Shown here: positions 19,121-28,062 of the stretch, one piece after another
Numbering within the stretch: position 1 is the first letter of the stretch
Layout of the letters: every line of letters starts with the position of its first letter
Origin: an uncultured delta proteobacterium
GTDB lineage: Bacteria > Desulfobacterota > RBG-13-43-22
DNA: 64,000 nucleotides
Direction of reading: 5' to 3'
Assembly (NCBI GenBank): GCA_963711835.1
Contig: CAVQFQ010000010.1
Coordinates: 128,001 to 192,000, forward strand
Made by a program: the position numbers and the translations under genes
Notes under the pieces: generated by a model
What the model saw: only the letters and a program-made list of their open reading frames with translations
What the model was told of the DNA's origin: nothing
The model's database searches: none

Positions 19121-21619
19121 ATGCCCAAATTGATCATCGATAATCTGGAGATCGAAGTCCCTAAAGGGACCAAGGTCATTGAAGCGGCTGAAGAGCTGGG
19201 CATCATCATCCCCCGGTTCTGTTATCATCCGGCCCTGGGATCGCTGGGGGCCTGCCGGATGTGTGCCGTAAAGTTCTTGGAGGGGCCGATCAAAGGGGTG
19301 GAGATGAGTTGCATGGAAGAAGCCCGGGACGGCATGGTGGTCTCCACCACGGACGATGAAGCGGTTGATTTCCGCCGGCAGATCATCGAGTGGCTCATGA
19401 TGAACCACCCCCATGACTGCCCGGTTTGTGATGAAGGAGGCCACTGCCTGCTGCAGGACCTGACCGTAGCCGGCGGCCACGGGACCAGACGTTTTCCGGG
19501 AAAGAAGCGGACTTATCATGATCAGGACCTGGGTCCTTTTATCCAGCATGAAATGAACCGCTGCATCCACTGTTACCGCTGTCGTAGATTCTACCAGGAG
19601 AAGGCCGGCTACCGGGATTTTGGGGCCTTGCAGATAGGGAGCCGGATGTATTTCGGCCGGTTCAGCAATGGTCCCCTGGAAAGTCCCTTTTCGGGCAATA
19701 TCATTGACCTCTGTCCAACCGGGGTTCTGACCGATAAACCGTCCCGTTATAAAGGGCGGCGCTGGGATTATGAACGAAGTCCTTCCCTCTGTATTCACTG
19801 CTCACTGGGCTGTCGGATCGTCGCCAGTGCCCGGTATCGGGAAGTGGTTCGAATGGAAGCCGGCTTCAGCGACACCGTCAACGGCTATTTTATCTGCGAC
19901 CGGGGCCGATACGGATTTGGCTATGCCAACCACCCCCTGCGGCCGCGACGGGCGAGGATCGGCCGGGAGGAAGTACCTTTCGATCAAGCCCTCCGGGCCG
20001 CTGCCAAAAGGCTTTCCGATATTTCCCAATCCAGGGGACCCCAGGCCGTGGTCTGCCAGGGTTCGGGCCGAAGCAGCCTGGAAACCTTGGGCTTGTTAAA
20101 ATGCCTCAGCCGGATGCAAGGCTGGCCGGACCCCGGGTATCTGATCGATTCCTTTAAAGAAGCGAAGGCCAAAAAGGCCGTTTCAAGATTAGAGGCACGG
20201 CTGGCGGTTTCTTTAAGGCAGGTCGAGCAGGCGGATTTTATCCTGGTTGTCGGGGCCGACCCGGTGAATGAAGCCCCTATGGCTACCCTGGCTGTCAGAC
20301 AGGCCTTCCTCAAAGGGGCCCCCGTGGTGGTGATCGATCCCCGGCCGGTTTCCCTCCCTCTGGCCTTTGAACACTTGTCTCTGGCACCCGATGATCTGGA
20401 TCGTTGTTTGGTCCGTTTGATCAAAGGGACCGCTTCCTTCCAGGCGGCCAAAGAATCGGGAGTCGAGGCCCTTCATTTTTATGAGGCCCTACCCGAGGTT
20501 CCATTGGAACCTGCCATCGAAGGCCGTCTCGGGGAAGTGGCCCGAAAGATGAAGGCCAGTCAGCGGCCGGTCATCATCTGCGGCACGGATGTCGTCCGGG
20601 AGCAAACCCCCGCCCTGGCCGCCGATCTGGTCCTTTATCTTCAAGCCATGGGACAGCAGGCCGGCCTTTTTTACTTCTTGGATGAGGCCAACTCATTTGG
20701 CGCGGCCCTTCTTTCTTCTTCGGAAAACCCTTTCTTGAAGATTTTGGAGGCCATTGAAAAAGGTTCTCTGGCCGGTCTGGTCATTATTGAGAGCGATCCC
20801 TTCCGGCTTTTCCCGGACCGGTTCAGATTGGAGCAGGCCTTAAGGAAGCTCGAATTTCTCATGGTCATGGATTTTCTGCCTTCTCGACCGGTCCGGCAGG
20901 CGGATATCTTCCTGCCTACCCAGACCCTCTATGAAGCAGGCGGCTCATTCATCAATCAGGAGGGACGGATCCAAAGGGTCAAGCCGGTTCATAGCGGCGG
21001 CATCCCTCTGGAACAGATCGGTGGCGGAGGCCATCCGCCCCGTCTTTTCCGGAAGGATATTCCCGGAGGTGAGCCGAGACCGGCCTGGCAGGTTTTAGCG
21101 GAACTGGGCCGCCTCCTTTCTTCGGGACCGGGCCTTTCCCTCGTGACCCTGTGGGATTTTCTGGGCCGGGAAAATCCGGCCTGGGCCGGCCTTAAGAATT
21201 TAAATGATCAACCGGCCGAGATTCAAATCCTCTCTATACAGGGGAGGGAGAAGCCTTTTTCCCTGGAGAGTCTGAAGGATCTGGGAAAAAAAGAGGAACC
21301 CGGCGATTCCCTGGAACTGCTCCTGGTCGATTGGACCTTCGGCACGGAGGAACTATCCAACTATTCCGATTTTGTCCGGAAACAGGGGAAAGGACCCTGC
21401 CTCACCCTGCCGGCCGAAGCGGGAACCCGGTGGGGGCTTCAAAAAGGAGACCGGATCAGGATTTCTCTTGATTCAGGATCATTGGAGGTAACGGTGGACC
21501 TTGCGGAAAATATGGCTGCCGGGGTGATGGTCCTGCCGCGCCACGAACAACTGGACTGGCAAAAAACGGCTGCCTATCCGGGAAGGGTGTCCCTGGATAG
21601 AATCAAAAAAGCGTTATGA
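19121..21619 (+). CDS. nuoG: NADH-quinone oxidoreductase subunit G (long form with N7 motif)
   Basis: PRFCYH..GACRMC, HPHDCPVCDEGGHC, CIHCYRC, CIHCSLGC...C. Confidence 0.93.
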   Translation: MPKLIIDNLEIEVPKGTKVIEAAEELGIIIPRFCYHPALGSLGACRMCAVKFLEGPIKGVEMSCMEEARDGMVVSTTDDEAVDFRRQIIEWLMMNHPHDCPVCDEGGHCLLQDLTVAGGHGTRRFPGKKRTYHDQDLGPFIQHEMNRCIHCYRCRRFYQEKAGYRDFGALQIGSRMYFGRFSNGPLESPFSGNIIDLCPTGVLTDKPSRYKGRRWDYERSPSLCIHCSLGCRIVASARYREVVRMEAGFSDTVNGYFICDRGRYGFGYANHPLRPRRARIGREEVPFDQALRAAAKRLSDISQSRGPQAVVCQGSGRSSLETLGLLKCLSRMQGWPDPGYLIDSFKEAKAKKAVSRLEARLAVSLRQVEQADFILVVGADPVNEAPMATLAVRQAFLKGAPVVVIDPRPVSLPLAFEHLSLAPDDLDRCLVRLIKGTASFQAAKESGVEALHFYEALPEVPLEPAIEGRLGEVARKMKASQRPVIICGTDVVREQTPALAADLVLYLQAMGQQAGLFYFLDEANSFGAALLSSSENPFLKILEAIEKGSLAGLVIIESDPFRLFPDRFRLEQALRKLEFLMVMDFLPSRPVRQADIFLPTQTLYEAGGSFINQEGRIQRVKPVHSGGIPLEQIGGGGHPPRLFRKDIPGGEPRPAWQVLAELGRLLSSGPGLSLVTLWDFLGRENPAWAGLKNLNDQPAEIQILSIQGREKPFSLESLKDLGKKEEPGDSLELLLVDWTFGTEELSNYSDFVRKQGKGPCLTLPAEAGTRWGLQKGDRIRISLDSGSLEVTVDLAENMAAGVMVLPRHEQLDWQKTAAYPGRVSLDRIKKAL

Positions 21620-22614
21620 CTATGGACTGGATTTCAGCCTTCCTCTTTCTCTTTTTCAAGCTGAGCCTGGTGTTGGTTGCCCTGCTCCTGATGGCCGCCT
21701 ATCTGAGCCTGGCTGAACGCAAGCTCCTGGGGAGGATGCAGGTCCGTTTCGGCCCCAACCGGGCCGGCCGGTTCGGACTTCTTCAGCCCCTGGCCGATAT
21801 CATTAAGCTCCTGACTAAGGAAGACACGATTCCTCAAGGGGCGGACCGCATCCTCTTTCTTTTGGCCCCGGCGGTGGTGGCTGCCATGGCCCTTCTCATT
21901 TTCGCCGTTATCCCTTTCGGAAGGGGCTGGACTTTTTGGGGCAGGACCATTCCCCAGGTTATCAGCGATCTCAATATCGGTCTTCTTTATGTTTTAGCCC
22001 TGTCCTCGATCAGTATCTATGGAGTAGCCCTGGGAGGCTGGTCTTCCAATTCCAAGTACAGCCTCCTGGGAGGACTCCGGGCCGTGGCCCAAATGATCAG
22101 TTACGAACTCTCTCTGGGGCTTTCGCTGGTCCCGGTGGTTATGCTGGCAGGCTCCTTCAGCCTGGTGGATATCATCGAAGCCCAGGCCGGTTATCCCTTT
22201 ATTATCGTGCAGCCGGTGGCCCTGATCATCTTCTTCATCAGCGCCGTGGCTGAAAGCAAACGGATCCCCTTTGATCTGCCGGAGGCCGAGGGCGAACTCG
22301 TTGCCGGGTATCACCTGGAATACAGCGGCATGCGCTTTGGCCTTTATTTTTTGGGTGAATACATTAGCCTGATCGTCTTGGGAGGATTGGTGGCCGCCTT
22401 TTTCCTGGGCGGCTGGCATGGACCGTTACTGCCGCCTTTCCTCTGGTTTCTGATTAAAGTGCTGGCCGTGGTTTTTTCCCTGATCTGGATGCGGACCACC
22501 TTACCCCGCTTCCGGTACGATCAACTGATGAACCTGGGTTGGAAGGTCCTCATCCCTGCGGCCCTGCTCAATATCCTGGCCACCGGGGGGATTATTTTGT
22601 GGATCAGGGGTTAG
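21616..22614 (+). CDS. nuoH: NADH-quinone oxidoreductase subunit H
   Basis: ERKLLGRMQ.R.GPN, AQMISYE, PFDLPEAE.ELV.G. Confidence 0.95.
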   Translation: MTMDWISAFLFLFFKLSLVLVALLLMAAYLSLAERKLLGRMQVRFGPNRAGRFGLLQPLADIIKLLTKEDTIPQGADRILFLLAPAVVAAMALLIFAVIPFGRGWTFWGRTIPQVISDLNIGLLYVLALSSISIYGVALGGWSSNSKYSLLGGLRAVAQMISYELSLGLSLVPVVMLAGSFSLVDIIEAQAGYPFIIVQPVALIIFFISAVAESKRIPFDLPEAEGELVAGYHLEYSGMRFGLYFLGEYISLIVLGGLVAAFFLGGWHGPLLPPFLWFLIKVLAVVFSLIWMRTTLPRFRYDQLMNLGWKVLIPAALLNILATGGIILWIRG

Positions 22615-22725
22615 TTTCTTTCTCCGCGTTCATTTGCCCGCCGGACCCCGTATTAATAGCTACGCGGCAGGCTATTCGCCGGGCAAAAAACAGCCGTCGC
22701 TGGCGCGAGAAAAAGCGGTCTGTAG
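22615..22725. repeat. Structured intergenic element between nuoH and nuoI
   Basis: Nested inverted repeats TTTGCCCG/CGGGCAAA and imperfect TTTCTCCGCG/CGCGAGAAA. Confidence 0.4.
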
Positions 22726-22764
22726 CAAAAAAAGATCTTTTCCGAATTTTTGGGTTTAGAGTGA

Positions 22765-23349
22765 ATGGCAATGAAGGTTAAGAATTCCGAGGATAGGGAA
22801 AGTTACTCCAGGGCACTCAAGATCTGGTCCGAGGCCCTCCCGGGATTGGGCCGGGCCTTTTGGACTGTTCTGAAGCATCTTTTCCGAAAACCGGTTACCG
22901 AGCCCTATCCGGAATATAAGCGGTCGTTACCCGACCGTTCCCGGGCCCGGATCATCCTTACCCGGGATCCGGACGGCGAAGAACGCTGTGTCGCCTGTTA
23001 TCTCTGTTCGGCCGTCTGCCCGGTAAGCTGCATCTCCATGCAAGCGGCGGAACGGGAGGACGGCCGGCGCTGGGCCCCCTGGTTTCGCATCAATTTTGCA
23101 CGGTGCATTTACTGAGGATTGTGTGAGGAGGCGTGTCCTACTCTGGCTATCCAACTGACCCCGTACTTTGAATTTTGCGGCTATGATGTCTTAACCCTGC
23201 TGGCGGAAAAAGAAGATCTTCTGGTGGATCACGGGGGAAAAAATAAGGAGTATAATTTTTATCGCCATGCCGGTATTACCGTAGCCGGGGGCAAGGGCGG
23301 GCATATCAATGAGGAGAAACCGGTGAATCTGAGGAGTAATCTTCCTTGA
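22765..23349 (+). CDS. nuoI: NADH-quinone oxidoreductase subunit I with in-frame UGA at codon 117 (candidate selenocysteine)
   Basis: ORFs 22765-23115 and 23119-23349 share a frame; read-through gives [12 protein letters not shown] and [12 protein letters not shown], 194 aa in total. Confidence 0.88.
23116..23152 (+). promoter_or_regulatory. Putative bacterial SECIS element
   Basis: Directly 3' of the UGA: GGAT/ATCC lower stem, GAG/CTC and AGG/CCT upper stem, apical loop CGUGU starting 16 nt after the UGA. Confidence 0.6.
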
Positions 23350-23456
23350 AAAGTCAAGGTTTCAAGGAAGAGGTGCCGCAGTTTTTTGTTGATATTTACT
23401 TGAGGGTTTAATTTTTCTTTGTCATCCTTCGAAATGTTAGAATTTGGACGGAAACC

Positions 23457-23975
23457 ATGAACCTTTATGCCATTTGTTTTTATCTTTCCGCGGCCATTAT
23501 TCTGGCAGCAACGGCATTGGCCATTACCCGACGGCATCCCGTCCATGCGGTGGTTTATTTGATTCTGTCCTTTCTGGGCAGCGCCATGCTTTTCTACCTG
23601 CTCGGGGCGCCCTTTTTGGCCGCCCTGGAGATCATTATTTACGCCGGGGCGATCATGGTCTTGTTTCTGTTCGTGATCATGATGCTCAAAGTGGAAGTGG
23701 CTGAGGATAAGGGTTTTGTCCTGCGGCAATGGGCCCCGGCGCTGCTACTGGGGCTGGCCTTTTTCTCGGTGGCCGTGCTTCTGGTCTTCACCGACCCCCG
23801 GAGCCGGGTCCCTCTCCAACGGGCTATGGCAACGCCGAAGGCCTTCGGCCGTTTCGTCTTTGAGCGCTACTGGTTTTCAGTAGAGATGGTCTCTCTCCTC
23901 CTGCTCGTCGGACTGATGGCCGCCGTCCATCTGGGCAAGGGTCGAGGGGAAAGCGAGGAGGAGGAAAAGCCGTGA
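23457..23975 (+). CDS. nuoJ: NADH-quinone oxidoreductase subunit J
   Basis: HPVHAVVYL, IYAGAIMVLFLFVIMML. Confidence 0.93.
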   Translation: MNLYAICFYLSAAIILAATALAITRRHPVHAVVYLILSFLGSAMLFYLLGAPFLAALEIIIYAGAIMVLFLFVIMMLKVEVAEDKGFVLRQWAPALLLGLAFFSVAVLLVFTDPRSRVPLQRAMATPKAFGRFVFERYWFSVEMVSLLLLVGLMAAVHLGKGRGESEEEEKP

Positions 23976-24277
23976 TCGTTCCTTTCAGCCATGTCTTCAT
24001 CTTGGCGGCCCTTATTTTTTTACTGGGTCTGATCTGTCTGATTGCCCGACGCAACCTGATCATGACCCTGGTGGGTGTGGAGGTCATGATGAACGCCGGG
24101 GCCATTCTTTTCCTGGCCTCCTCTCTGCGCTGGCAGCAGCTTGAAGGACAGGCCTTTGTCCTTTTCATCATCGCCGTGGCTGCCGCCGAGGTCTCCGTGG
24201 GTCTGGCCCTGATTGTCGGGGCCTACCTGCGCAGCGGCACGGTGGATCCGGACAAATACGATATCTTGAAATGGTAG
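23972..24277 (+). CDS. nuoK: NADH-quinone oxidoreductase subunit K
   Basis: RRNLI, VEVMMN, AAAEVSVGLA. Confidence 0.93.
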   Translation: MIVPFSHVFILAALIFLLGLICLIARRNLIMTLVGVEVMMNAGAILFLASSLRWQQLEGQAFVLFIIAVAAAEVSVGLALIVGAYLRSGTVDPDKYDILKW

Positions 24278-24296
24278 GAGAATTATTTTGGGTCTC

Positions 24297-24450
24297 AAAT
24301 CCGAAATCCGAATACCAAAATCGACTCGGCCGAGCTCGTCGCGGGCCGAAACAAATCCAAATGACCAAACATAAACAATTCGAAACTTTTTGTTTGGATA
24401 ATTTGAATTTTGAGAATTTGTGCTTGTTTCGTTTTTCGTGCTTTGGGTCC
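24297..24450. repeat. AT-rich short-repeat hairpin element between nuoK and nuoL
   Basis: AAATCCG-type units on the left arm, complementary TTTG-type units on the right (CGAAACAA 24347 / TTGTTTCG 24424); nested palindrome CTCGGCCGAG. Confidence 0.55.
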
Positions 24451-24498
24451 CGAGGTTTAAACCGAAATTGCCAAATTGCCTCAGGCAAAAATCCGTGA

Positions 24499-26385
24499 AT
24501 GGGTAACAAAATGATCCTGGAGTTGTTTAAAGATTGGACCCTGCTGGCTGCCCTTTTGGCGGTCAGCCTCCCCTTCCTGGCTTTTGCCCTGATTATGGTT
24601 TTTACCCGCCCTTTTCCCAGGACCTCTGCTGTCCTTTCCATCGGGGCGGTTACGGTCTCCCTGGTCAACGCCCTTTTCCTTCTTCTGACCAACTGGCGAC
24701 AGGATCATCCAATCCAGGTTGCCGGCCAGTGGCTGGTGGCCGGGAATATTTCCATTTCCTTTGGTTTTTTACTGGATCCGACCAGTTTGCTCATGCTGGT
24801 CGTTGTAGCTGGGATCAGCTTCCTGATCCAGGTCTATTCCCTGGGCTATATGGCCGGAGATCCGGGATTTGGCCGTTATTTTGCCTTCCAATCCCTTTTT
24901 GCCTGGGCCATGCTGTCTCTTAGCCTTTCCTCCGACCTGCTGCAACTCTACGTCTTCTGGGAATTGGTGGGTTTATGTTCCTACCTGTTGATCGGGTTCT
25001 GGTATGAAAAATTCAGCGCCACCCAGGCCGGGAAAAAGGCCTTTGTCATGACCCGTCTCGGTGATGTGTCCTTTTTCCTCGGTCTTCTCCTTCTGCTGCT
25101 GAACCTGGGCCATCTAAGCATCCTGGAAATGAACCGTCCTGAGGCAACCGCCGGCATTTCTTCCGGGCTCCTTACCCTTTCGGCCTTATTGATTTTCGGA
25201 GGGGTTGTGGGCAAGAGCGCCCAGTTTCCTCTAATGACCTGGCTTCCGGATGCCATGGAAGGTCCCACTCCGGTGAGCGCCCTGCTCCATTCGGCTACCA
25301 TGGTGGCGGCCGGGGTTTATCTGCTGGTGCGCCTTTTTCCTTTTTTCAGCCACTCCCGGGCAGCCATGACCTTTTTCCTGGCCGTCGGTACCCTCAGCAT
25401 GCTGATGGGCTCCACCATGGCCCTGGTGGATCGGGACATCAAAAAAATCTGGGCCTACTCCACCATAAGCCAACTGGGGTATATGATCATGGCCTTAGGC
25501 GCTGGAGGAACCTTTGCAGGTTTCTTTCATTTGACAACCCATGCCGCTTTCAAGGCCCTGCTCTTTCTCTGTTCCGGGGTCTGGATCCATTATTTTCAAA
25601 CGAATGACATTTACGAAATTGGCCGGCGAAACGCCAGGGGCTTGAAAATACCCCTGGTTTGTCTCATCCTGGCCGGGGCCAGCCTGTCCGGGGTTCCTCC
25701 CTTAGCCGGTTTCTTCAGCAAGGAGGCCATCCTGGGCACCCTGGCGAACCTGAATAATCCCCTCTGGCTCATAGCCGGAATGATGGGCGTCTTTCTGACC
25801 CCTTATTATGCCTTCCGACCCGTCTTCCTCATCCTTTTCCCAAGGGAAACGGACCGGACCGGCACAAGTGAAATTCCAGAGGGAGATTCCTCTTACCGGG
25901 CCATGGCCTGGCCGCTTGTTATCCTGGCCGCCGTGATTCTTATCCTGGGATTCCTTGAAACCCCTTTGAGGGATTTCCTGATGGGTCAAACGAAGGTGGA
26001 AGGGAATAGGTCTTGGACCCTTTATGGTTCCCTGGCCCTGGTCTTCTCGGCCCTGGCCCTGGTCTGGGCTGAATTCGGCCGAAAAGGTTCCCCACAGATC
26101 GGTTTTGTGGAGCGCCTGGCGCCCATCCGGAAGCTTTTTGCCGAGCGCTGGTACCTGGATCATTTTTACCGGATCTTTCTCGAGAAGGTCATTTACCGGA
26201 TTTTTGCAAATCTCTTAACCCGGAATGACCAACAGGTGATTGACGGCAGCATCGATGGATTGTGTCAATTCACCGTAAGGTGCGGAAGGGTCATCTCTTA
26301 TCTTCAGTCCGGCCGGCTCCGCTACAACTTGATGGTGACCTTCGCGGTCTTGATACTGGTAGCCCTCTATTTTTTCTTTTCGTAG
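24499..26385 (+). CDS. nuoL: NADH-quinone oxidoreductase subunit L
   Basis: FWELVGLCSYLLIGFW, GKSAQFPL..WLPDAMEGPTPVSALLH. Confidence 0.95.
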   Translation: MGNKMILELFKDWTLLAALLAVSLPFLAFALIMVFTRPFPRTSAVLSIGAVTVSLVNALFLLLTNWRQDHPIQVAGQWLVAGNISISFGFLLDPTSLLMLVVVAGISFLIQVYSLGYMAGDPGFGRYFAFQSLFAWAMLSLSLSSDLLQLYVFWELVGLCSYLLIGFWYEKFSATQAGKKAFVMTRLGDVSFFLGLLLLLLNLGHLSILEMNRPEATAGISSGLLTLSALLIFGGVVGKSAQFPLMTWLPDAMEGPTPVSALLHSATMVAAGVYLLVRLFPFFSHSRAAMTFFLAVGTLSMLMGSTMALVDRDIKKIWAYSTISQLGYMIMALGAGGTFAGFFHLTTHAAFKALLFLCSGVWIHYFQTNDIYEIGRRNARGLKIPLVCLILAGASLSGVPPLAGFFSKEAILGTLANLNNPLWLIAGMMGVFLTPYYAFRPVFLILFPRETDRTGTSEIPEGDSSYRAMAWPLVILAAVILILGFLETPLRDFLMGQTKVEGNRSWTLYGSLALVFSALALVWAEFGRKGSPQIGFVERLAPIRKLFAERWYLDHFYRIFLEKVIYRIFANLLTRNDQQVIDGSIDGLCQFTVRCGRVISYLQSGRLRYNLMVTFAVLILVALYFFFS

Positions 26386-26461
26386 AGTGAGAAAAAGGAT
26401 TCGATCTTCATGATCATAGCCAGTGGAAAAATCAGGTTACATGCTGAATGGGTAGAAATGG

Positions 26462-26518
26462 GTAGGGAGGCGTTAGCCTCCCGGTTTATGGGCGCCTGAA
26501 GGCGCCCCGACCCTATAC
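26462..26518. repeat. GTAG-type REP-like palindromic element
   Basis: GTAG then GGGAGGC/GCCTCCC and GGGCGCC/GGCGCCC hairpins, closing CCCTAT. Confidence 0.5.
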
Positions 26519-26580
26519 GAATACCTATGGCTGAAAAATCCTGTCTAAGAAAGAATTCGAGTCCTGCCTAGAGAAAACGT

Positions 26581-28062
26581 ATGCTCACGGAATTCGCCCG
26601 ATTTCCTTTTCTGACCGCTCTCCTGCTCAGTGGCCTGCTGGGTCTCCTGGTGATTCTTTTCATCCCCGAAGAACGAAAGACCCTGATTAAATGGGTGAGT
26701 GCGGTCTTTTCCGGAATCGCCCTTTTGATCTCCGTCTATCTCTTCATGGCCTATGACCGGTCCCAGGGAGGCCTCCAGTTTGTGGAAAAGGTCCTCTGGG
26801 TTAAGTCACTGGGGATATTCTATTTCAACGGGGCAGACGGTTTCAATCTGCCCCTGCTCCTTTTGACCGGCATTGTTCACTTTACCGGGGTCTTAACCAT
26901 GTGGGAGCTTAGAGAAAGGGTCAAGGAATTCTTCGCTCTTTACTTCCTGCTGGTGACCGGGGTTTTCGGCTTCTTCATGAGCCTGGATCTCTTTTTCATT
27001 TTTGTCTGGTATGATGTCTCCCTCTTTCCCATGTATCCCCTCATCCTGATCTGGGGCACCACCCGGAAGGAATACGGAGCCATGAAGCTTTTTTTATATC
27101 TTCTGGCGGGGAGCGCCCTAGTCCTGCCGGCCCTGATTTTCCTTTTTGTCAAATCCGGAATGAATACCTTTGACCTGACCAGCCTGATGCATTCCGGTAC
27201 CTTTTCGCCCTGGCAACAAAAATTCGCCTTCCTCCTCCTCTACCTGGGTTTCGGCATCCTGGCCGGCGTCTGGCCTTTTCACACCTGGTCGCCTACGGGC
27301 CATGTGGCCGCCCCTACCTCGGTGAGCATGCTCCATGCCGGGGTGTTGATGAAGCTGGGGGCCTTCGGGGTTTTACGGGTGGCTATCTTTCTCTGTCCCC
27401 TGGGCTGGCAGTTCTGGGCGGAGGCCATGGCGGTTCTGGCTACTATTGGGATTGTCTATGGGGTTTTTGTAGGGCTGACGCAGACCGACCTCAAATTCGT
27501 GGTGGCCTACTCCAGTGTCTCCCACATGGGGATCGTCGGGCTGGGCCTGGCTACGGTCAGCGCGGCCGGGTTAAGCGGCGCCGTCTTCCAGATGTTTGCC
27601 CACGGGATCATGACGGCCCTGCTCTTTTCGTCGGTGGGTTATTTTCATGACCGAACCGGAACCAAGCTGATACCGGAACTGGGCGGAATGAGCAGGATCA
27701 TGCCCGTGGCTTCCGCCTATTTCATCCTGGGCGCCCTGGCAGGCATGGGGGTGCCGGGGTTCGCCAATTTCTGGGCTGAGTTTGCGGTCTTCGTCTCTTC
27801 CCTTAAGACGTATCCTATTCTGGGGGTGCTGGCCCTGACCTCCTTGGTGGTGAGTGCCCTTTTCATGCTGCGCGTGGTCCAAAAGGCCTTTTATGGTAGA
27901 GGGAACGAGCGATTTGCCCATTTGCCTGACGTCTCTTTCGGTCTGGGCCTTCCCCGGCTGATCCTGGTGGGAGTGTTGGTCCTGTTCGGTCTTTTTCCTT
28001 CCCTGATGCTCGACCTGATTCAAACCAGCGTGGTTCCCTTTATGAAAGTCCTGCCCCGATGA
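26581..28062 (+). CDS. nuoM: NADH-quinone oxidoreductase subunit M
   Basis: HTWSPTGHVAAPT.VSMLHAGVLMKLG, AYSSVSHMG. Confidence 0.93.
   Translation: MLTEFARFPFLTALLLSGLLGLLVILFIPEERKTLIKWVSAVFSGIALLISVYLFMAYDRSQGGLQFVEKVLWVKSLGIFYFNGADGFNLPLLLLTGIVHFTGVLTMWELRERVKEFFALYFLLVTGVFGFFMSLDLFFIFVWYDVSLFPMYPLILIWGTTRKEYGAMKLFLYLLAGSALVLPALIFLFVKSGMNTFDLTSLMHSGTFSPWQQKFAFLLLYLGFGILAGVWPFHTWSPTGHVAAPTSVSMLHAGVLMKLGAFGVLRVAIFLCPLGWQFWAEAMAVLATIGIVYGVFVGLTQTDLKFVVAYSSVSHMGIVGLGLATVSAAGLSGAVFQMFAHGIMTALLFSSVGYFHDRTGTKLIPELGGMSRIMPVASAYFILGALAGMGVPGFANFWAEFAVFVSSLKTYPILGVLALTSLVVSALFMLRVVQKAFYGRGNERFAHLPDVSFGLGLPRLILVGVLVLFGLFPSLMLDLIQTSVVPFMKVLPR

Noticed and set aside
22765-23349. Two separate small genes, as given in the ORF track
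   Set aside because: Same frame, and the break splits a CxxCxxCxxxCP motif; this is one NuoI gene.
24271-24498. 75-aa ORF between nuoK and nuoL
   Set aside because: It is a translation of the intergenic repeat element and has no protein-like features.
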